NCBI GenBank assembly: GCA_963664625.1
Contig: OY761541.1
Span: 2,059,670 to 2,123,669, forward strand
From: Dehalococcoidia bacterium
GTDB taxonomy: Bacteria; Chloroflexota; Dehalococcoidia; Lucifugimonadales; UBA3495
Direction: 5' to 3'
Length of the DNA stretch: 64,000 bases
The position numbers and the translations under genes are program-made. Below are positions 47,331 through 55,587 of this stretch, piece after piece (position 1 is the stretch's first letter; every line of letters begins with the position of its first letter). Below the pieces are notes generated by a model. That model worked only from the letters and a program-made list of their open reading frames with translations. It did not search any database and was not told where the DNA came from.

Positions 47331-47420
47331 CTGAATAGGCTTAAAGCGGATGGGTTGACGTTCATCCCGATGCCTTCCCCAGTAGCCAGTCACCAGTCAC
47401 TGGTGTCCGGTCACTGGCGA

Positions 47421-47495
47421 GCCGGTGTAGCTCAGTGGTAGAGCAGCGGTTTCGTAAACCGCAGGTCAAGGGTTCGAATCCCCTCACCGGCTCCA
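47421..47495 (+). tRNA. tRNA-Thr (anticodon CGT), CCA encoded
   Basis: Manual cloverleaf: acceptor GCCGGTG/CACCGGC, D arm GCTC/GAGC, anticodon stem GCGGT/ACCGC with loop TTCGTAA, T arm AAGGG-TTCGAAT-CCCCT, discriminator T, then CCA. Confidence 0.9.
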
Positions 47496-47565
47496 CAAAT
47501 TCCCCCTTCACCCTTCGGTTGGTCTATTGCATCCGCAGGCAATTCATGGAACCATTCACTTAGGG

Positions 47566-47681
47566 CCTATCCGAAAACTACCCAACGTCACTCCCGCGAA
47601 AGCGAGAGTCCAATTTGCCAAGTAGTGGATTCCCGCCTGCGCGGGAATGACGTAAATTGTCCAACCTGATTATCGGATAGG
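47566..47681. repeat. MITE-like composite repeat, copy 2 (116 bp)
   Basis: Same 9-bp TIRs as 4878-4992. It lies 70 nt downstream of the tRNA. Confidence 0.8.
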
Positions 47682-47754
47682 CGTGTAGTCCGAATCTGTG
47701 TTAAGGTGTGCGGCCCGCGCATTTGGGCCTACGCATTTGGGAAGGAGAGGCCAA

Positions 47755-49515
47755 ATGCGAGATGAAGTGAAGACGAACGCTGAACTCTTGGCCGAACTCG
47801 AAGCCATGCGCCAACGCTTGGCCGAGTTGGAACTGGCCGCCCCCTTTCCCGTCATTCCCGCGCAGGCGGGAATCATGCCAGGGGCAGGTGCGGGCGGCCA
47901 CAAGAGTCGCCTCTACAATCGTAGAGGCGGGGTTGGTCCCCGCCCTTCGGAACAGGAAGAGCACTACCGCGCGGCGGTCGACAACGTAACCGACGCCATC
48001 GTCATCAACGTAGGCACCACCCGCGTCTTCGTCAACAACGCCTTCCTGTCCCTCCACGGTCTTGCGGACATGTCCCAAGCCGACGGCCTGGCCCTCGACC
48101 ACTTCATCGTCCCCGAGGACAAGCCCCAGGTGCGGGAGCGCACCCTGGCAAGGCAACGGGGCGAACCTGTGCCGGGCCTCCACCGTTATCGGATTTGCCG
48201 GACCGACGGCGAAGTCCGCACCGTCGAGTCCTCCGCCGTGGCCATCACCTTCGACGGTCAACCGGCAACCCTGGCGGTCCTCCGCGACATCACGGAGCGT
48301 AACCAAGCCGAGGACCGGGTCCGCCGTTTGGCGGAGATCGGCCGCATCATCAACTCCACCCTGAACATCGAAGAGGTATACGAACCCTTCGCCCAGCGGG
48401 TGCGCGACCTGATACCCTTCGAGCGCATCGTCATCACTATAGCCGACCCCTCGCAAGGTGTGTTCACCACCGCCTACGTGAGCGGCGGCGACGTGGCCCA
48501 CCGGCGCGCCGGGGATGTTGCCAACCTGTCAAACTCCCTCACCCAGGAGGTTATCCGCACCCGGTCCGGCCTGATCATCCAGCCAAAGAACATCGAAGAC
48601 CTGAAGCAGAGTTTTATCGCCCCTCTTCCGGCATACCAAGCCGGTTTCCGGTCGTTTCTTTCGGTGCCACTGATATCCCACGATGAAGTAATAGGCGTGC
48701 TGCACCTGGAATCAACCAAGCCCGAAGCTTACACCGAGAGGGACCTCAACCTTGCCGAAAGCGTCGGCGCCCACATATCCGGCGCCATCGCCAACGCCCG
48801 CCTCTTCGAGCAACTGGAGCTGGGGCGCGAACGGCTTCGGTGGCTGACGATGCAGGTCGTCTCCCAAGAAGAGGAGGAACGCCACCGCGTATCCAGGGAG
48901 TTGCACGACGAGGCCGGACAGGCGTTGACCGCCCTCAAGATAGGCTTGGGACTGATATACTCGGACATACCGGAAGAGCTGGGCCCGGTCAAAAACCGGC
49001 TGGCCGAGGCCCTGGACCTGACCGACGTTACCATGGAGAACATCCGGCTGCTGGCGCGGGGGCTGCGGCCGCCCGAACTGGACGCCGTTGGGCTGAACGG
49101 TACCCTGGAAGGATACTGCCGCGAGTTCGCCGGGCTTACCAATCTCTCGATTGACTATTCCGGGGTCGAAGCGTCGGCGTTCACCGACGCCGTCAACATC
49201 TCCTTCTACCGTTTTCTGCAGGAGGCGTTGACCAACGTCGTCAGACACGCTGGGGCGAAACACGTGAAAGTCCGGTTGGACCGCAGTCCGACCGCCATCA
49301 GCTTGGCGGTGACTGACGACGGCCGTGGGTTCTCTCCCCAAGCCCTGAATTCCGACTCGGCCAGAACGAAAGGCATTGGGTTGCTGGGTATGCAGGAACG
49401 TTTCGAGTTGCTGGGCGGCCAACTGGAAGTTGCGTCCACGCCCGGCAAGGGCGCCCGCTTGGTGGCGAAGGCGCCCCCTCAACCGTCTCCACGGGGGCAG
49501 GCTCCACAGGCATGA
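47755..49515 (+). CDS. PAS-GAF sensor histidine kinase (NarL-partner HisKA_3 type)
   Basis: GGAGAGG RBS, an N-terminal coiled coil, PAS (AAVDNVTDAIV), a GAF-like region, H-box ELHDEAGQALTALK and an HATPase domain. A REP plus a second repeat is translated as PFPVIPAQAGIMPGAGAGGHKSRLYNRRGGVGPRPS. An alternative start is ATG 47875, inside the REP. Confidence 0.75.
   Translation: MRDEVKTNAELLAELEAMRQRLAELELAAPFPVIPAQAGIMPGAGAGGHKSRLYNRRGGVGPRPSEQEEHYRAAVDNVTDAIVINVGTTRVFVNNAFLSLHGLADMSQADGLALDHFIVPEDKPQVRERTLARQRGEPVPGLHRYRICRTDGEVRTVESSAVAITFDGQPATLAVLRDITERNQAEDRVRRLAEIGRIINSTLNIEEVYEPFAQRVRDLIPFERIVITIADPSQGVFTTAYVSGGDVAHRRAGDVANLSNSLTQEVIRTRSGLIIQPKNIEDLKQSFIAPLPAYQAGFRSFLSVPLISHDEVIGVLHLESTKPEAYTERDLNLAESVGAHISGAIANARLFEQLELGRERLRWLTMQVVSQEEEERHRVSRELHDEAGQALTALKIGLGLIYSDIPEELGPVKNRLAEALDLTDVTMENIRLLARGLRPPELDAVGLNGTLEGYCREFAGLTNLSIDYSGVEASAFTDAVNISFYRFLQEALTNVVRHAGAKHVKVRLDRSPTAISLAVTDDGRGFSPQALNSDSARTKGIGLLGMQERFELLGGQLEVASTPGKGARLVAKAPPQPSPRGQAPQA
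47851..47875. repeat. REP-like hairpin repeat inside the kinase ORF
   Basis: gtcattcccgcgcaggcgggaatca. Confidence 0.8.
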
Positions 49516-49525
49516 AGGAGGGCTG

Positions 49526-50176
49526 ATGGTCCGCGTGATTGTTGCAGACGACCACCACTTGGTCCGCCAAGGCATCCGGATGCTGTTGGAGACCGCCGAA
49601 GACATCGAGGTCATCGGCGAGGCCCAGGACGGCCTGGAGGCGGTGGAGTTGGCCGAAAAGCTCGTGCCAGACATCCTGGTGATGGATATTTCCATGCCCC
49701 GGCTGAACGGCGCCCAGGCCACCGAACTCGTCCGCTCCCGGGTGCCTTCCATCCAAGTTGTCGTGCTGTCCATGCACGCTGACGAGGCCATAGTGCGCCA
49801 AGCCTTTCGTCGGGGCGCCAAGGCTTACGTGTTGAAGCGCGGCGTCAGCGAGGAGTTGCTGCTGGCGGTGCGCTCGGCCAGCAGGGGCGAGACCTACCTC
49901 AGCCCGCCCATCGCCAGTTCCATACTGGGCGAATTTCTCACCCTCTCCGATACCTTGGAGGAGTCGACCGCCTTCGAACGATTGACCCCCAGGGAGCGCC
50001 AGGTGTTGCAGCTTCTGGCGGAGGGCTACACCAATAACTCCATCGCGTCCGAGTTGGTCGTCGCCGTGAAGACCGTGGAAAAGCACCGGGCCAGCCTGAT
50101 GTCCAAGCTCGACATCCACGACATCACCGGCCTCGTCCGCTACGCCATCAAGCAGGGACTGGTGGCCGTAGACTAG
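49526..50176 (+). CDS. NarL/LuxR-family response regulator
   Basis: MVRVIVADDHHLVRQG...ILVMDISMP receiver domain and a C-terminal LuxR HTH (LTPRERQVLQLLAEGYTNNSIA). GAAGGAGGG RBS. Confidence 0.85.
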   Translation: MVRVIVADDHHLVRQGIRMLLETAEDIEVIGEAQDGLEAVELAEKLVPDILVMDISMPRLNGAQATELVRSRVPSIQVVVLSMHADEAIVRQAFRRGAKAYVLKRGVSEELLLAVRSASRGETYLSPPIASSILGEFLTLSDTLEESTAFERLTPRERQVLQLLAEGYTNNSIASELVVAVKTVEKHRASLMSKLDIHDITGLVRYAIKQGLVAVD

Positions 50177-50190
50177 CAACGGCGCCGGCC

Positions 50191-50316
50191 CGTCATTCCC
50201 TCAGCACCTGGTCCGCTATTCCCTCAGCCCCAACCCGTCCTTCCCGCTTGTGGCAGCACCCGGCCTGTCATTCCCGCCGCGCCCAACCCGTCATTCCCGC
50301 GAAGGCGGGAATCCAC
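50191..50316. repeat. cluster of REP half-sites ending in one full REP
   Basis: cgtcattccc recurs, and there is a full copy gtcattcccgcgaaggcgggaatcca at 50290-50315. Confidence 0.7.
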
Positions 50317-50458
50317 CGGCTCCGTTCAATCACCATAATGGGGTGTTTTTCTACCCGATGGTAGGGTGTTCCCCCATTACTTGCCGCCTGCTTTTGCCCC
50401 ATCATAGACACACGGAGGGTGAACCTCTCTTGTGGAGAACAAGAAGGAGGAGTCCACG

Positions 50459-50527
50459 ATGGTACGAAACTTCGAGTGGCTTCACAACTGGAAATTCCCT
50501 ACTTGGGCCCCCATCGGTCCGGCCTGA
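50459..50527 (+). CDS. candidate 22-aa Trp-rich mini-ORF
   Basis: AAGGAGGAG lies 8 nt upstream of the ATG. The peptide is MVRNFEWLHNWKFPTWAPIGPA. There is no homology evidence. Confidence 0.25.
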   Translation: MVRNFEWLHNWKFPTWAPIGPA

Positions 50528-50861
50528 GTAGCTGAACAAGCCAGGTGCGGGGACCGGTGGGGGCGCCATCAGTTTTGACGCTCTGTATTCCAAGAAAGCT
50601 GGGAAAGGAGCAGGTTGATGGTGAGGGATTTTAGACGTAACGAAAATTGCTCAGGCCTCCACTGACGGGGCAACGGGGTGAGTGAGCCGGCGGGGCTCAA
50701 GTCGGTGGAGGCCAGCACAGCAGCGGTGCCGCTGTGGGAGGCGGTCAAGTAATTGAGGCTCCCAGGGTCTACCGGGGAAGCTGCGAGGGCAGGCAACCGC
50801 CGAAGGGCGGAAACGATAGCTGAGGCAGGATAACCGGGCAGGCGGCGCCGTTGGAATATAG

Positions 50862-50899
50862 CCGGGCACAGCCGCAAGGGTGTGCCCGGTTTCTTTATT
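50862..50899 (+). terminator. Rho-independent terminator
   Basis: 9-bp stem ccgggcaca/tgtgcccgg followed by TTTCTTTATT. Confidence 0.7.
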
Positions 50900-51077
50900 C
50901 TCTGGTAGGGGCAACCACGAGGGTTGCCCTAACTCTTGTGGTTGCCCTGGCGCTCCACCATCCTCTCCTCTCCTTATGGGGCATTTATTCCCCCTAAAGT
51001 AGGGAAAGCCCCCATAGTTTTATCGTTATGTAGACCGCATATTATGTTACACAAAACATGGGTGGGAAGGTAACGCC

Positions 51078-51581
51078 ATGACGCTGCACAACGTCGCCGC
51101 CAACGGTCAAGCCCCCTTCCCCCGTCTTTCCCACGAAGGTGGGACGCCGGGCCGGGGGCAAGCGTTACGGGTATTGCTGATAGACGAGAACCCCGTGTTC
51201 ATGCAGGCCGCAACGGCGTTCCTCCAACGCCAGACCGACTTCGTCACCCTTCGCACCGCCGCCACACTGGAGGCGGCCTTGGTGGGCGCGCGGGACTTTC
51301 GTCCGTCGGTGATCGTCATCGACCCCAACAACTCCAGGCTGGACGGGCTCGCCGTCATTCCGCGTATACGCACCGTGTTGCCCCAGGTCGGGATCGTGGT
51401 CTTGGCGCTCATAGACTCGCCCACCTACAGGGACGCTTCTCTCGCCACCGGCGCCGACTGCTTCGTGTCCAAGTCCAGCATGGCCGTGGACCTGCTTCCG
51501 GCGATACGCCGCGCTGTCCGCAAGGGTGGAACGCCGTCGCCCGTGGCTGCGGCTCAAAGGGTCAGGGCAATGGCTGCGTAG
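51078..51581 (+). CDS. stand-alone response-regulator receiver protein
   Basis: RVLLIDENPVF...SVIVIDPN...VVLAL...FVSKS is a receiver pattern. The N-terminal ~25 codons include a degenerate REP, so the start is uncertain. Confidence 0.65.
   Translation: MTLHNVAANGQAPFPRLSHEGGTPGRGQALRVLLIDENPVFMQAATAFLQRQTDFVTLRTAATLEAALVGARDFRPSVIVIDPNNSRLDGLAVIPRIRTVLPQVGIVVLALIDSPTYRDASLATGADCFVSKSSMAVDLLPAIRRAVRKGGTPSPVAAAQRVRAMAA
51124..51148. repeat. REP-like hairpin variant with a compensatory stem change
   Basis: gtctttcccacgaaggtgggacgcc. The stem is tcccac/gtggga instead of tcccgc/gcggga. Confidence 0.55.
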
Positions 51582-51742
51582 GGCCCGCCCTATCGCAGGT
51601 AGGGTGAAAACACCGGTAACACTGTCCTTGGTCAACAACCAGCATGGGAGGAGGGGCAGCAATGTTCAGAGACGTCTACAACGAGTTCAACCTTATCGAT
51701 TATTCCATTGGGGAATGGTCCCATTGGACGGAGCAGGGTGAT

Positions 51743-52210
51743 ATGTCGACCAGACGCTGTCGCAAGATACTGGTGCCGTTGGACCGCTCTTTCGAGGCTA
51801 CCGAGCGGGTGTTGAGCGTGGCCCAGGAGGTCCTGGTCCCCGGCGGTGAGGGGATTCTCCTGCACGTCATTCCCCCGCAGAACGGCAGGATGTCCGGGCT
51901 CAGGTACATGTCGGCGGAGGAAATGGAGAATATTGAGAGGTCTCGCGCTCTGGGATACTTGGGATACTTTGCTAACCGCCTGAATCGTGGGGAGTGCCAT
52001 TGGCGCCCGGAAGTAGTGGTCGCCAGCCCGGTGGCGGACGGAATCCGGGAGGTTGCGATGCGGGAGGACGTGGACCTCATCGCCATGTATACCCACGACC
52101 GCCGAGGGCTGGCCAAGCTCATCAAGGGGAGCGTCTGCGAGAAAGTGAAGGAATTGGTCCCCCACCAGGTCAGAGTGGTAAGACCCCTCGGGGAGTTGGC
52201 GGTCCGGTAG
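51743..52210 (+). CDS. universal stress protein (UspA) family
   Basis: RKILVPLDRS ... VDLIAMYTHDRRGLAKLIKGSVCEKV. The start is uncertain (51644, 51662 or 51743). Confidence 0.7.
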   Translation: MSTRRCRKILVPLDRSFEATERVLSVAQEVLVPGGEGILLHVIPPQNGRMSGLRYMSAEEMENIERSRALGYLGYFANRLNRGECHWRPEVVVASPVADGIREVAMREDVDLIAMYTHDRRGLAKLIKGSVCEKVKELVPHQVRVVRPLGELAVR

Positions 52211-52297
52211 TCCCTCCGATTTGGGATTGCATTTCCGACCCACAGGTGTTGACAGGCGATTTTCGAGACTCCTAGCCAGCAGACAGTGAGGTGTGAA

Positions 52298-52504
52298 ATG
52301 GTACTGTTGGAATCGCCGCCCATCGGACTCGATTTTCTGGAAGAGATCATAACCGAGGCTGAAGATGCCGCCCCGGTCGCCGTACAGGTGGAGATGGACA
52401 CCGAGGACGCCGCGCCCGTAGCCGTGGAGGTTGCTCACTGGTTCTACGGGGTTCCCTGTGCGGGGGTCAAATACTACTCCTTCCACCGGCGCCCGGTGAC
52501 GTAG
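52298..52504 (+). CDS. hypothetical small acidic protein (weak)
   Basis: 68 aa with GTGAGGTG upstream and an internal duplicated EDAAPVAV(Q/E)VE segment. No family signal. Confidence 0.3.
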   Translation: MVLLESPPIGLDFLEEIITEAEDAAPVAVQVEMDTEDAAPVAVEVAHWFYGVPCAGVKYYSFHRRPVT

Positions 52505-52698
52505 GCAAACCGCAACCCTCCGGCCATCCAACTCCCCTATTCCGGCCCCAAAATGTCGATGAACCCTGCGGCTCAGGGTGATACCATGCAAAGGTGGACA
52601 CCAACCGGACTCCCTGAGCCGCATCCCCTTGATTGGCAGCCTTGCCCAATCCATGACGCGGCTTGTTGAGCCAACCTTACTCGTATTTGGGAGGTATC

Positions 52699-53001
52699 AT
52701 GGGCCTGTATGTCATGTTGAGCAAGTTGACCGACGAGGGGCGCAGGACAGTCAAGGAACATCCGGCAAGGATAAAAGAGGTTAACCGAGAAGTGCAGGCC
52801 ATGGGGGTACAAGTGCTGGCCCAGTATGCCACCCTCGGTCCCTACGACTTCGTCAACATCGTCGAAGCTCCCGACACTGCCACCATAATGAGAGTTTCGG
52901 TGGAGTTAGGGTCCCGCGGCACGGTGCAGGTAACCTCTTTGGCTGCAATGGGTGTGGACGACTATATTGCGATGGTCGCTTCGCCTTCTTCCTTCCTGTA
53001 A
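52699..53001 (+). CDS. GYD domain protein
   Basis: MGLYVMLSKLTDEGRRTVKEHP...LGPYDFVNIVEAPD. GGGAGG RBS. Confidence 0.75.
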   Translation: MGLYVMLSKLTDEGRRTVKEHPARIKEVNREVQAMGVQVLAQYATLGPYDFVNIVEAPDTATIMRVSVELGSRGTVQVTSLAAMGVDDYIAMVASPSSFL

Positions 53002-53083
53002 CGCTAACACCGCCGTAGTAACACAACCCTTGGTTCTTTCTGAGGTAGCGTTGCAATCCAGGTGGTTATCCCCGAAGCCAAAC

Positions 53084-53109
53084 GTCATTCCCGCCTTCGC
53101 GGGAATCCA
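53084..53109. repeat. REP-like hairpin repeat (inverted loop)
   Basis: gtcattcccgccttcgcgggaatcca. Confidence 0.85.
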
Positions 53110-53207
53110 CCGTACTGTCACCTACGTACAGACCACCTGAGAATGGAACGCTACCCTTTCCGGCAGTTGTTCCGCTTGGTCCTCGACCAGCGATGCAATC
53201 CGCTCCG

Positions 53208-54635
53208 CTAAATCGGCGGCAGCCGGTTATGCCAGGGAGTGGCTTGTTCGTAGGCATGTCCCACGCGCAGCACCGTTGCCTCATCGAAGGGCCGTCCCGC
53301 TATTTGCATCGCCAGTGGAAGGCCGCCATCCCCTTCCGAACTGAACCCGCACAGGATTGACATGGCGGTTGTGCCCGTCAGGCTGTATGGACCGGTGTAG
53401 CCGCCCCTGTGCAGCGCTTGCTTCGCCTGCTCCTTGCTGGCTACGGTGCCGTCCATCGACATAACCCCCGCCGGCGCGGCTGATGTTGGCTGTACCAGCA
53501 CGTCCACCTCCTCCAGCGCACCCAATACCTCCTGGCGCACCATGGCCCGCATCTTCTGGGCCTTGTAATATACCGGGGCCGGTATCAGGTTTGCCGTCGA
53601 GAAAGAAACCCGAGTGTTGTGATGGTAGTCCTGCGGTCTCTCCCGGAGCCATTCCGGGTGCAGACTCACCCGTTCCACGTGGGTAATGGTCCGGATGGCG
53701 ACTCCGCAGTTGACGCTCAAAGGCAGCGAAACCTCCCGCACCTCGGCCCCCAGTTCGCTCAACACCCCTGCCGCCGCGATGATCGCGTCCCGCACTCGCG
53801 GGTCCACCCCGGACTTTTCCGAGTCCAGGTACTCTTGCACCAACCCGACCTTCAACCCCGTAATGTCACCCGTCAGGGCTTGCCGGTAGTCCGGCACCGG
53901 GACTTGCCGCGTGTAAGGGTCTTTGGGATCGTAACCCGCGATGGCCCCGATGGTGGCCGCGCAGTCTTCCACGGTGCGGGATATGGGGCCTATGGTGTCG
54001 ATTGACCAGCAGGCCCCGTCTGCCCCGTACCGGCTCACCCGCCCCCAAGTCGGACGCAGCCCTACCAGCCCGCACAGGGACGCCGGTCCGCGGATCGAGC
54101 CGCCGGTGTCCTCTCCCAACGACGTAGCGCACAACCGGGCCGCGGTGGCCGCCCCCGATCCGGTGCTGGACGTCCCCGGGTCCCGTGACAGGTCCCACGG
54201 ATTGCGGGCCGGGCCTTTGAAGGAGCTGAACGAGTCCCCAATGGCGAACTCGCTCATGTTGGTCTTTCCGATTATGACCGCGCCGGCCTCCTTCAACTTG
54301 GCTACGACGGTCGCGTCCTCCGTCGGAATGAAGTCGGCCCTTATCTTCGAGGCGTCGGTGGTCAGAATCCCTGTAGTGTGGACTTGGTCCTTTACGCCCA
54401 CCGGAATCCCATGCAGCGGGCCGCGGTACCGACCCTGCTGTATTTCCTGGCCGGCTTGTCGGGCCTGTTCCATCGCCTCATCGGCGCATACGGTGATGTA
54501 GGCGTTGACCTTGGGATTGACCTGCTCGATGCGGTCCAGGTAGGCGTTCAGGGCCTCCTCCGGCGACACCTGCCGCGCCTCGATCAAAGAGGCCAGTTGC
54601 GTGGCGGAAAGGAAGGGTATGTCCGACTGTTCCAT
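53208..54635 (-). CDS. amidase-signature enzyme (GatA-like)
   Basis: GGSIRGPASLCGLVGLRPTWGRVSRYG amidase signature. Start at ATG 54635. Confidence 0.85.
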   Translation of the reverse strand: MEQSDIPFLSATQLASLIEARQVSPEEALNAYLDRIEQVNPKVNAYITVCADEAMEQARQAGQEIQQGRYRGPLHGIPVGVKDQVHTTGILTTDASKIRADFIPTEDATVVAKLKEAGAVIIGKTNMSEFAIGDSFSSFKGPARNPWDLSRDPGTSSTGSGAATAARLCATSLGEDTGGSIRGPASLCGLVGLRPTWGRVSRYGADGACWSIDTIGPISRTVEDCAATIGAIAGYDPKDPYTRQVPVPDYRQALTGDITGLKVGLVQEYLDSEKSGVDPRVRDAIIAAAGVLSELGAEVREVSLPLSVNCGVAIRTITHVERVSLHPEWLRERPQDYHHNTRVSFSTANLIPAPVYYKAQKMRAMVRQEVLGALEEVDVLVQPTSAAPAGVMSMDGTVASKEQAKQALHRGGYTGPYSLTGTTAMSILCGFSSEGDGGLPLAMQIAGRPFDEATVLRVGHAYEQATPWHNRLPPI

Positions 54636-54636
54636 C

Positions 54637-54825
54637 TCATGCCTCCGTATCGGGCAGAATAAGGGGAACGGGTTCCACGGCGTTGAGGCCGGGAACCTCC
54701 AGCGCATCCATCATCTCCAGGATTGCGTTCAGGCTGTGGGCCACCTCGGTCAACTCCGTTCCATCCAGTTCCAAGCCAACGGCGTATCCCATGGCCTGTA
54801 CTTCCGCGTCGGTCAGGTCCCTCAC
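54637..54825 (-). CDS. GatC-like small subunit candidate coupled to the amidase
   Basis: 62 aa with a GTG start. Its stop lies 1 nt before the amidase ATG. The acidic helical sequence (LTDAEVQAMGYAVGLELDGTELTEVAHSLNAILEMMDAL) resembles GatC. Confidence 0.5.
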   Translation of the reverse strand: MRDLTDAEVQAMGYAVGLELDGTELTEVAHSLNAILEMMDALEVPGLNAVEPVPLILPDTEA

Positions 54826-55532
54826 TACGAACTCCTTCGGAGGTGATTCAGTTCCGCTTCCAGTTCTCGGACGCGGGCCTCGGCGGCGTCAGCCCGGGCA
54901 CGCTCGTCCGAAAACCTAACGATATGTCGCCCTGTGCCAGGATTGTACCAGCCGAGCCTGCCACCTTCCCATCTCAGGATCAGGTCCAGTACGGCGCTGT
55001 ACCCCTAGAAGGTCTGGTCGTCAATCCGTTCGATGGGAATGGGTTGGTAGACTCCGGCGACCAGACGGTCCCCGGCGAGGGCTGCCCCGTGGTGTTCCCC
55101 GCCCAAGGGGTCGAAGCGCCAGTATTCGGGAATGCCCAGGGCGACGTAGCCGTCCCGCTTGACCGTGACGTCCCGGTGGCCGGTGCTGGGCGAGGCGATT
55201 TCAAGGACGAAGTCCGGTGGCTTGCCTTGCTCCGAGATCACGTAGCCGTTGTGTGGAGTGACGGCATTGGGGTCGACGTTGAAGGCGATGAGCAGGTCCG
55301 GCGCCATCAGGCCCAGCCGTTCGCTGGTGGGTTCCCGGCTGATGTAGGCTTCGCCGGTGATGATGGTTGTGTCATGGTTGCCGAAGTGCGCCGCCAAGTG
55401 GTGAGTGTTGCCCGGAAGGTGAAGGTGCGTGTAGTTATTCATGTCCTCCGGCTCAGGCGGGTCCGGGAGCCGGACAAAGTCGCGGGGATGGCCTGTAGCG
55501 GCGGTCGGTCTGGTGGTCATGTCGGACCTCAA
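54825..55532 (-). pseudogene. Uma2 family endonuclease with an in-frame amber codon
   Basis: Paralogue of 30331-31125. TAG at 55005-55007 replaces the Trp of ...HYWGRSAVLGLD... (here ...DQTF*GYSAVLDLILRWEGG...). The same frame continues to TAG 54825-54827. Confidence 0.7.
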
Positions 55533-55587
55533 TAGCAGAAAAGCCGCCTGTTCGGCGGCTCTTCCTTAGGGTCGTTACTGGGTGAGA

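Noticed and set aside
47421-47700. tRNA-Thr as the attachment site of an integrated island
   Set aside because: There is no integrase, no direct repeat of the tRNA 3' end and no compositional shift downstream. Only a 116-bp MITE-like repeat follows the tRNA.
48712-50179. ORFs 48712-49821 (-) and 49298-50179 (-), opposite the kinase and regulator genes
   Set aside because: The two-component genes on the plus strand have H-box, receiver and HTH motifs. The antisense ORFs are shadows.
50320-50905. Checked by eye for RNase P RNA, tmRNA, SRP RNA and cobalamin, TPP or glycine riboswitch cores
   Set aside because: The conserved cores are absent: GGAAAGTCCGG and ACAGAACCCGGCTTA for RNase P, a tmRNA tRNA-like end and tag ORF, the SRP GGAA tetraloop motif, the B12 box and the TPP CTGAGA...ACCTGATCTGGATAATGCC. 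The segment ccgccgaagggcgg...ctgaggcagg only loosely recalls the glycine riboswitch, and its elements are in the wrong order. The region is kept as an unassigned candidate.
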